DNA of 62,925 nucleotides, filler included, from Octopus bimaculoides (taxonomy: Eukaryota), in assembly GCF_001194135.2 (NCBI RefSeq). It is 8 parts of 8 records of this genome, joined end to end, with 100 filler letters (N's around TTAATTAATTAA, not from the genome) between each part and the next. Parts side by side here need not be neighbours in the genome. Positions count along the whole stretch, not along the records: positions 52,167 to 55,482 come from NW_026381537.1; positions 55,583 to 58,378 come from NC_068996.1; positions 58,479 to 59,848 come from NC_069000.1; positions 59,949 to 62,925 come from NC_068985.1; 4 more parts are not named here. The stretch is one strand, 5' to 3'. Below the pieces are notes generated by a model. The model worked only from the letters and a program-made list of their open reading frames with translations. It searched no databases and was not told the DNA's origin. Position 1 is the first letter of the stretch. Every line of letters starts with the position of its first letter. Both the position numbers and the translations under genes were made by a program. Shown in pieces: positions 54,047-62,925 of this stretch.

Positions 54047-54364
54047 ATATTATTTCTTTACTTCTTTTCAAATAATGGTAATGGTAAAAAGCACTTCAGA
54101 GAATGGGGTGCAAAGTGGAAGTTAAACCAGATGTTAAAACCAGGTCTCTATATAAATTCCCTGAAACTTACCCACCATTCTATGACACAATGTTGTATTC
54201 AACTGACTCTCCTGTTTTTAATTTTAGTTTTGCTATCTTAGTAGAACTATATGTATATTTATGTGTATGTATTTACATGCATATAAATATGATTGTACTT
54301 GAATGAAATGTAGCACTGGTTCTATGAGATCCATGCTATTTCAAAAATTGATAACATTCTCTAT

Positions 54365-54628
54365 ATGATCATTGAAATTATTGTTATGATCACAATACTG
54401 TTAAGATGTGCATATGGCTATGATACAAAAGATAAAGACTTCTGGTGTTCTCTGATTCAAATGACATTGCCATTTACAGTACAAACTTCTGAAAAATCAG
54501 CCAGTCATGAAATTGATTTTGCATGTAGCAGTAAAAGTGAAAGAATTGCTACCACACTTCACATGGTGTTGCTGCTGTGCACACTATTATCCTTAATCAC
54601 ATCCAAACAAAGTTCTTTAACTAATTAA
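54365..54628 (+). CDS. 87-aa ORF with hydrophobic N- and C-termini; possibly the terminal exon (from 54406) of the Cys-rich gene, with a GPI-anchor-like tail
   Basis: ATG at 54365 and TAA at 54626-54628, in non-repetitive sequence. The C-terminus is SSKSER-IATTLHMVLLLCTLLSLIT. A weak AAG acceptor at 54405 is phase-compatible with exon 3. Confidence 0.3.
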   Translation: MIIEIIVMITILLRCAYGYDTKDKDFWCSLIQMTLPFTVQTSEKSASHEIDFACSSKSERIATTLHMVLLLCTLLSLITSKQSSLTN

Positions 54629-55087
54629 TATAAAATCATTCACTGGTTGTCCAACTGCTAGCTCATAGTTTATCTTCTTCAGAACTGGCTGGCCTTGTAC
54701 CACCTCTACTCAGGTACTTCTGACACATTCATCTCTCCTCTTCCTTTTGTATCATCTACATTGTGTCCAACACCCCTCCAGGCTCTTCACTAACCAATTA
54801 TGCCCAGTCCTTCCTATCCACAATATTGTTGCTCCAGAATCTCCTCCCTGCTTTTCTCTTTCCTGTCTGTTAGTTTCATTATAATTGATACATGTCTTTT
54901 TCATCATCACTGAATAGTGATGTTTTAGGTAGGTGTCTTTCCAATGAGGGAGATATGTTGACAGATGTGTAGTGGAACTACCTATCGTCTCTAATACCTA
55001 TCACCATTAGATACAAAACTGCTATCGCCATTCTTCTCATTTAAATATAAACAAACCCGAACGTAGCGGAAAACATTAACCTTGTCA

Positions 55088-55231
55088 TCACGTGACTGAT
55101 CAATATTCGAATCGGCAACTTCTTCGAACCGTTCCCGCCAGAACACAAACTGACCAATCACGGCCCCTAATAAGGTCACGTGATAGAGTAAAATTCTAGA
55201 GCCATCAGGAGCCGATAGTTTGTTATAAATA
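55088..55231 (+). promoter_or_regulatory. Promoter-like motif cluster
   Basis: TCACGTGA at 55088-55095 and 55176-55183, CCAAT at 55154-55158, CArG box CCTAATAAGG at 55166-55175 and TATAAATA at 55224-55231. The region is locally CpG-rich and non-repetitive. Confidence 0.5.
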
Positions 55232-55354
55232 GCTTTAACTCGGTGGCCAAATTTGTCTCGGTCCAGTTTCTCTATAGAGACTGTTCCGTGTACCACACGA
55301 CAGCAGCAGCAACAATTAGCCAGCGACCACTTCAACAGCTTCGTCCAGCCAACG

Positions 55355-55482
55355 ATGACCACCGCCGTCGCCATATCAGCAACACGTTTCTACGACTACT
55401 ACCAAGCAGCCTCAATCACCACCAGCATCAACACGACTTACTATGTACACCAAACCAAACCTCCGCGGCACATCTCTCTCTT
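55355..55482 (+). CDS. Possible N-terminus of a gene downstream of the promoter cluster (MTTAVAISATRFYDYYQAASITTSINTTYYVHQTKPPRHISL...), running into a gap
   Basis: ATG in aacgATGa context about 130 nt after the TATA box, with the frame open up to the gap. It could equally be 5' UTR. Confidence 0.2.
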
Positions 55483-56038
55483 NNNNNNNNNNNNNNNNNN
55501 NNNNNNNNNNNNNNNNNNNNNNNNNNTTAATTAATTAANNNNNNNNNNNNNNNNNNNNNNNNNNNNNNNNNNNNNNNNNNNNATATATATATATATATAT
55601 ATATACTTAAGATTCAGTTGAATTAGGTACTTAAATTGAGGTATCTTGTTAGGTCGATCTACTTTGCACACCTAAACAATACATCAGGTGAGTATCAAAC
55701 TCTGTACTGAGGTGTTTGCACTTAATATTCTTGTAGCGTATACAGATAACACGATCCAACTTAGTGAAGAGATTCGATGTTGGTTATTCAGACGTACTTT
55801 AAATACAAAGATACTTCCTATAAAGTTCCCGAAGTGCAGATTCCATGGTAGGAGAATAAAATATAAATGAGTAACAAAGGTGTACAGGTGTCAATTCATT
55901 ATGGCCATTTCAAGCTACACCTTTAATTGATTAATGAAAACATTACATCATTGCAAAGAAACCGTTTTCGTCAGATGACTACATAGACTTCAAACAGAAA
56001 TTAGAAACCAACTGCTTTAACATAGTCAGCATCGGAGC

Positions 56039-56669
56039 TGAGAGCATACTAAAGAATGGGAGTTTAGTTGTGTATAAAAACTGAGGCAGCGAACGGTTAT
56101 TTGAAAATATGAGTGAAAAAGGTTTTAAGAGACGTTCCCGCTATAGAAAAGTAGATAAGTAATTCAAAATCCATATAAGTCATTTATTAGAGTAAGTTTT
56201 ATAGAGGTGTCCAATGGATAGGCATAGTTATGTTTGAATTAGGATATGATTGACAGTTATAAGTAATATTAGGTATGGTGTTTACTTTTAAAAAATTATA
56301 TGTAGCTGTTTAAGAATTTCTACAACTAACTCTTGTTCTTGTTGCATTCAAGCAACATCCTATATAACTACATCCGCTAGTTTAATTTCATTCTCACGCA
56401 TTTTTTTTAAATGCACACCATACCTAATATTACTTATAACTGTCAAGTCATACCCTAATTCAAACAAAACTATTCCTTTCCATTGGGCACTTCTATAAAA
56501 CTTCCTCTAATAAATGACTTATTTGGAGTTTCAATTACTTATCTACTTACTCTTCTGTAGAGGGAACGTCTCATAAAATCTTTTCCACTCAAATTTTCAA
56601 ATAACCGTTATCTGCCTCAGCTTTAGTTTATACACAACTAGACTCGCATTCTTTATTATGGTGCTCTCA
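56039..56669. repeat. Long inverted repeat / foldback element, arms about 255-270 bp, spacer about 105 bp
   Basis: 56039-56295 aligns along its whole length to the reverse complement of 56402-56669, with TGAGAGCA/TGCTCTCA ends. Confidence 0.9.
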
Positions 56670-57208
56670 ATTTTCATAAGGATAAATATGTATATCCGAA
56701 TTTGTTCTATGCTATTTCCTTCATCAAGTCTTCTGTAGTAATATTATTTTTTTTATACTTCTTTCACTGAAGAGAACAGTGATATGTAATAAATATAATT
56801 ATTCTACAATTAATTTACATGTTAATATCGCTGTTTGAAACGATCGTATGCATGTATTAAAATTCTTTCAAACTTTAACATCCTCTCTTCTCCATTTTTA
56901 ACAAATTTGTTGAGTTCTATAGGATACTTTTCCATAAATTCTCATGACATAGCATATACAAGTATATATATATATAATGGAACAAAAACGCAATAGAGTA
57001 CAATAAAACATTCGGACAGACAGACGATACAAGGCGGACAAGAGAAGGACAGGCAAAAAAAGATGGATCACTCGTGGCCTTCTATCCTCAGTCAAGTCCC
57101 AGAAGTCACGACCGTTTCGGGCAGTTACACTTTAGACGGTTCGATCTGGTTGCCCCCCAAACAAGTCTAAGCTAAGCGCATTAGACCCCTCTGTAAGAAA
57201 GCTAGCGA

Positions 57209-57245
<37 letters not shown>

Positions 57246-57675
57246 CACACACACAGCAACATGGATTGAGCGGGGTTTAATGTAAATTACATTTGTTTCA
57301 ACGCATCATTATCGGCTGTTAATTGCTGGATGTTACATAAGGTATGCCCAATATTTAAATTGATGATTCAACACTATCTGCATACATACGCATTCTTGGG
57401 TGATCAGAGTCAACTCACTGCTCTATCAACTTAATATTTCCACATTCTATGTCTGCACCAAATTTTATTTTTAGAGGTTTCTTTGTTGCATCCTCGGCAG
57501 TAGCTCCAAAGATATGTAATAATCTTGTGTCGTACTCTATTTCAAAATTCGATGCTGCAGAAATAAACATCCATAAAGATGAGAGATAAACATGCCATAA
57601 CTATTGCGTGTGATTTTGTTGATAGTACGACCCTCCCAAAGCATAACAACACCAATATAATAATATTAATTATTA

Positions 57676-57775
<100 letters not shown>

Positions 57776-57781
57776 CATTAT

Positions 57782-58378
57782 CTCAAATGCACTAAGGAGG
57801 AAATATTAACAATGGAAAGACGGACGAGAAAGTCGATGACGCTGCATGGGGCTCTACACCCTAAAGCAAACGTAAACAGAAAATGAAAAAATGTTGGCAG
57901 AGAACTAATTAGTATAGGCCATTGTATAAGCAGTGAAAGAAGAACGCTTGCCGAGTATTTGATAAATAGTGATGAAGACCTGCTACAATATGCCGCGACA
58001 GATATGGATGTAAATGCAGATGAAATGATGGGCAAGGAATAGCTTAACCAAAGAGCTGAGGAGAAGAGTAAAGAAGACCTTCTTGAAATGAGAATGCATG
58101 GACAGTTTGAAAGGAATAAACAGGACGTTAAGGATAATACAGCATCGTAGGCATGGCTTGAGCGAGGTGATTTGAAGCGTACCACCGAAAGCCTGATCAT
58201 TGCTGCACAAAACCAGGCTCTCGCTACCAATTCGGTTGAGTATAACATCTATAAAACTTCTGACACCCAGAAATGCAGACTCTGTGGAAAGAGTGTGGAT
58301 AATGTGACTTACTTGGTAAGTGGATGTGAGAACCTTGCACAAAAAGAATAGAAACGTCGCCACGATAAAATGTGTGTG
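57782..58378 (+). mobile_element. Second R4/Dong-like LINE fragment
   Basis: RRTRKSMTLHGALHPKANV, MHGQF, TESLIIAAQNQAL and KCRLCGKSVDNVTYLVSGCENLAQKE*KRRHD. Confidence 0.88.
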
Positions 58379-58569
58379 NNNNNNNNNNNNNNNNNNNNNN
58401 NNNNNNNNNNNNNNNNNNNNNNTTAATTAATTAANNNNNNNNNNNNNNNNNNNNNNNNNNNNNNNNNNNNNNNNNNNNCGAAAGTTGAAATGATCACGTC
58501 TAGAACATCTTCCTGTGTAGGTCCGTCACTTCTGCTTAATTATAAGCAAAACAACTACAACGAATGAGT

Positions 58570-58745
58570 CTAGGACATTTACCCCCTGTGGACAAATTAC
58601 CCCTGAGGGTGATTTAAAATTTCTTAATATATTGGAGAGGGGGTAATTAACCAAGAGGGGTAATTATCGTGGGGAGGGTAGCTGTCGTCGGGGAGAGGGT
58701 GTCTGAGGTGGGGGTAATTGTCCTAGCGGAGTAATTGTCCTGATA
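58570..58745. mobile_element. Small MITE-like element built from GGACAATTACCCC subrepeats
   Basis: Two tandem GGACA(T/A)ATTACCCC-like motifs on the left face several GGGGTAATTGTCC motifs on the right. Confidence 0.55.
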
Positions 58746-59227
58746 CGACAACTAATATAAAAAATATGGTGGCAAACTGACAGAGTTGTTAGTGCAGCCC
58801 TTGATCCAGCTTTCAACACTCTGAGTTCAAACTCCACTGAGGTTGACTTTGCATTTTTTCTTTATGGTTTTGATAAATAAAATACCGGCCCAGTACCAAG
58901 GATCATTTCTCTGTTTGTTTGCCTGCTTCTCACTCTCTCTCTCTCCCCACTCCCCACATCTCCCCCTCTCTCCTCCTCCTATCTTAGATGGCTATGGTCA
59001 TCAGGCCAGGAGAGTTATGGGGTTCCTCCCCAGCACCCTTTTGATCCCACTAGCAGTTGAGGTTTGAAGACAAGGTAATATGGCAAGACAGTAAATTAAT
59101 CCAGCAATAATCCATTCATTACACATCAGAGGTGTTATTCTTCTGTATCACATCATTTGTGACTCAAAGATCTTCATATTGATTTTTAGATTGTGCCCTC
59201 ATATATGTGTGTATATGTGTGTATATA

Positions 59228-59275
<48 letters not shown>

Positions 59276-59665
59276 GGCGCAGGAGTGGCTGTGTGGTAAG
59301 TAGCTTGCTTACCAACCACATGGTTCCGGGTTCAGTCCCACTGCGTGGCACCTTGGGCAAGTGTCCTCAACTATAGCCTCGGGCCGACCAAAGCCTTGTG
59401 AGTGAATTTGATAAACGGAAACTGAAAGAAGCCCGTCATATATATGTGCGTGTGTGTGTGTGTGTGTCTGTGTATGTTTGCGTGTCTGTGTTTGTTCCCC
59501 CACCATTGCTTGACAACCGATGTTGGTGTGTTCACGTCCCCATAACTTAGTGGTTCGGCAAAAAGAGACTGATAAAATAAGTACCAGGCTTACAAAAAAT
59601 AAGTCCTGGGGTCGATTTGTTTGACTAAAGGTGGTGCTCCAGCATGGACTGAAACAAATAAAAGA
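59276..59665 (+). mobile_element. Near-complete tRNA-derived SINE, family B (CORE-like), with an internal (GT)n
   Basis: A box TGGCTGTGTGG, B box GGTTCAGTCCC and a CORE-like GCACCTTGGGCAAGTG. Other copies lie at about 3020-3160, 6255-6560, 21940-22170, 36230-36620 (-), 46750-46920 (-), 50285-50775 (-) and 52810-53000. Confidence 0.85.
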
Positions 59666-60199
59666 ATATATAGTAATGATAATAATAATACTAATAATAA
59701 TAATAATGATAATGACAAAGGCGGCTATAAGCAATATAAAACCAAAAAGGAAAACGTCAATCGTCACTAATCATGACTGACGGTGCAGGGCAGCACTTAC
59801 GTTGCTAGAAATAAGAGCTATAAAAGGTAAAAGCCTTTAGGAGTACAANNNNNNNNNNNNNNNNNNNNNNNNNNNNNNNNNNNNNNNNNNNNTTAATTAA
59901 TTAANNNNNNNNNNNNNNNNNNNNNNNNNNNNNNNNNNNNNNNNNNNNGTGGTGGTGGTGTGGCATGAGGTGGTGTGGTGGTGTTTGGTGTGGTGTGGTG
60001 GTGTTGGGTTGTGGTGTTGTTTGGCTTGTGGGGATGCGAAGCTGGGGTGTGGTTTTCGTGTGTGGATGTGGGGGTAAGGGTGTGATGTCTGGGTTTGGTG
60101 GGTGGAGGTAGAGTGGATTTGGAGGTGTTAGGATGGTGCGGTTGGGATGTGTTCGGATGGGGTGTGGATGGAGAGTGTAACGATGAAGGGAGTACGTTG

Positions 60200-61735
60200 G
60201 TATGAGTGAAGACAGGAAGTAGGTGTCAGGGCAAGAGAGGAGAGGTGGGTGGGAATGAAGAGAAGAAGTAGGTGTGAGATGAAGAGAGGAGAGAGAGGGG
60301 AGGGGAGGTGAGCCGATGTGGTGCAAAGTAGCGAAGAGAGAAGATAAATTCCCGTTCACGGGGTAGGCGGGAGTCCGGATTGCCCCTGTGCAAAGACAAT
60401 CCAAGCACAGACAGATGTTGTAATGAATGACCTTTAAAGCAGAAATGGCACGAGACCAGGGTATCGCTACAGAGTTTAATGTCTCGGAGGTTTTCCGCGA
60501 ACTGGTCAGCGAAGTGGCGTCCCGTTTGACCGATGTACAGAAAAGGGCAGAAAGAGCAAGGAATACAATAAATGACGTTGCTAGAAGTGAATATAAAGGA
60601 GTGAGTGATATGATATGGACGATGATGGGTGCCTGTGAAGATAGTGGTGCTGGAGAGGTAGATCAAGTGCGGTAAAATGGGTGGGAGCAGGAGAACAATC
60701 CTGGCCGGGAGGGGGGTTAGTGAAGAAACTGTGGACCAGGAGGTCACGTAGGTTGTGGGATTGTTTGAAAGAGGGGACGGGTATGTTGGCGAAGATGTGC
60801 GAAGTGGAGGGGTTCTACTGGAGTCGCTGGAAGGCTCAGAGAATGGTGCATTGGAGAGGCAGGGTGGAGGAGTGGTAGGTGAGGGGAAAGGGGAGACGGG
60901 TAACGTTGAGGCGGGTGCGAGGAGAGAGAGCAGAGGCACGTTCTATGGAACGTGCTCTGGCAAGGGCGGTGAGGATAGTGGTGAGGGGATATCCATGAAT
61001 GATGAAGTAATGAGCCATGAGTTGAGACTGAGTCTCATAGTCATGGTTGTCACTGCAGAATCTGCGTAAACGGAGAAATTTGGAGTAGGGGTTGGAGAGC
61101 TTGGTGTGGATAGGGTGGGAGGAGGAGAAGTTGAGGCATGTGTGTGAGTCGGTGGGTTTTTATTGGATGGAGGTGATGAGAGTGGAGTGGTATATGTTGA
61201 TCGAAATGTCGAGAAAGGCGACGGAAACGTTGGAAATGGTGTAGGAGAATTCGAGGGCAGGATGGAAAGATTGGACAAAAGAGAGGTAGGAGTCTAGTAG
61301 TTCGCGGGACTGCGAGGTCGCACCGATACGGTCATCAATATTACGACCGTATAGTTCGTGAATGGGACCAGTGAATCTTGAAAATATTTGGGCCGCAACG
61401 TAGCAGACGAACAGGTTCGCATAGTTAGGGTCCATTCACGTTCCCATGGCAACTCCCGAGATCTATTGGCAAAACTCCACCGTGAATGAAAAGTAGTTGG
61501 TGGAGAGAACATGTTCAGCCAGACGAAGAAGTGTGAACGGTCTAGGTCTAGGTAGTATTTGAGGGCAAGAAGGCCTTCGTAGTATGGGGGTTCTCCGTAT
61601 ATAGACTCTTGATATCAGGAGTGAAGAGAAGGAGGTATTTAGAGATAAGTTCCGTGCGGCAGTTACAGGCAGAGGCTAGGGTTGTTGGGTTTGTGGATTT
61701 TGGGAAGGAAGTAATGGTGGGAGTGCGAGGAGTGC
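60200..61735 (-). mobile_element. Penelope-like retroelement, decayed RT plus GIY-YIG endonuclease
   Basis: Minus-strand translation gives YFLPKIHKPNNP, DIKSLYT, SGVAMGT*MDPNYANLFV, YGRNIDD, KPTDSH, FLRLRRFCS, HGYP and SSNVIYCIPCSFCPFLYIGQTGR. It contains stops and frameshifts. Confidence 0.92.
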
Positions 61736-62831
61736 ATATATATNNNNNNNNNNNNNNNNNNNNNNNNNNNNNNNNNNNNNNNNNNNNNNNNNNNNNNNNN
61801 NNNNNNNNNNNNNNNNNNNNNNNNNNNNNNNNNNNNNNNNNNNNNNNNNNNNNNNNNNNNNNNNNNNNNNNNNNNNNNNNNNNNNNNNNNNNNNNNNNNN
61901 NNNNNNNNNNNNNNNNNNNNNNNNNNNNNNNNNNNNNNNNNNNNNNNNNNNNNNNNNNNNNNNNNNNNNNNNNNNNNNNNNNNNNNNNNNNNNNNNNNNN
62001 NNNNNNNNNNNNNNNNNNNNNNNNNNNNNNNNNNNNNNNNNNNNNNNNNNNNNNNNNNNNNNNNNNNNNNNNNNNNNNNNNNNNNNNNNNNNNNNNNNNN
62101 NNNNNNNNNNNNNNNNNNNNNNNNNNNNNNNNNNNNNNNNNNNNNNNNNNNNNNNNNNNNNNNNNNNNNNNNNNNNNNNNNNNNNNNNNNNNNNNNNNNN
62201 NNNNNNNNNNNNNNNNNNNNNNNNNNNNNNNNNNNNNNNNNNNNNNNNNNNNNNNNNNNNNNNNNNNNNNGTTCTTTATTTACGTAACTTAGCAATTCGG
62301 CAAAGAGAGGAAATAGACTAAGTACTAGGCTATTAAATAGTAAGTATTGGTGTCGACTCCTTAGAGAATTAATTCCTTAAAGGCGGTGCCTCAGTACCTG
62401 AGCAGTCCACTGGCTGAAACAATTAATAACAATATCATTCTTTCGTTGAGTAATTATACGTCTAAGAAGTAACAATTCCAGATTGTTTGTTGAAGCATTG
62501 AGTAAGCCTCGATAGAGGAAATGAAATTTTGTGTGCTATAATCACTCGATTGAATATAGTGTTTATAATAATGAGTTAATGCTGTTTGATATTTATTGCT
62601 ATAATAATTATTTACGTCATCGGCAGTATCAATTTATTTTTATGTCAATTAAACCTGGAAGGAAGTAGTGTTATTCAAATTTAATCCTGTCTCATTTCAC
62701 CTATTCACTCTATATGTTCATAAGAGATATGTGTATATATGTATGTATGTATGTACGTATATGTGAGTATGAATATGCGCGTGTGTGTAAGTATATATGT
62801 ATACATAAATACATACACAGATATATATGTG

Positions 62832-62870
<39 letters not shown>

Positions 62871-62925
62871 AGTCTGTCTGTCTGTCTGCATGTATGTGTA
62901 TATATATATATGTATATATATATAT

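Noticed and set aside
54100-54306. Alternative exon 4 giving …NCIMGCKVEVK… (a ROS1/TMEM59-like CxxGC spacing)
   Set aside because: It needs a GAG acceptor 2 nt past a CAG and a 59-nt intron. It is retained only as a remote alternative.

Overview
This is gap-rich, microsatellite-rich, AT-rich eukaryotic (animal) genomic DNA. Its repeat families most resemble those of an octopod cephalopod; this is inferred from remembered repeat consensus shapes, not from a database search. Almost all ORFs in the supplied track are artefacts of N-gaps and simple repeats. Most of the window is decayed transposons: two Penelope-like retroelement fragments, two R4/Dong-like RLE LINE fragments, a probable I-group LINE relic, one Tc1 and several mariner remnants, MITEs, and dozens of tRNA-derived SINEs. 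Three or four degenerate hammerhead-ribozyme motifs are also present. No complete known gene is recognisable, so no gene symbols are given. The best non-repeat signal lies on the short contig 52167-55482. There, three small phase-compatible + strand exons splice into a 9-cysteine peptide. A possible last exon would add an EGF-like CxCxxGY..C motif and a GPI-type hydrophobic tail. A compact promoter-like motif cluster follows (two TCACGTGA E-boxes, CCAAT, CArG, TATA). Seven TTAATTAATTAA linkers inside N-runs look like artificial scaffold joins, so adjacency across them is not trustworthy.
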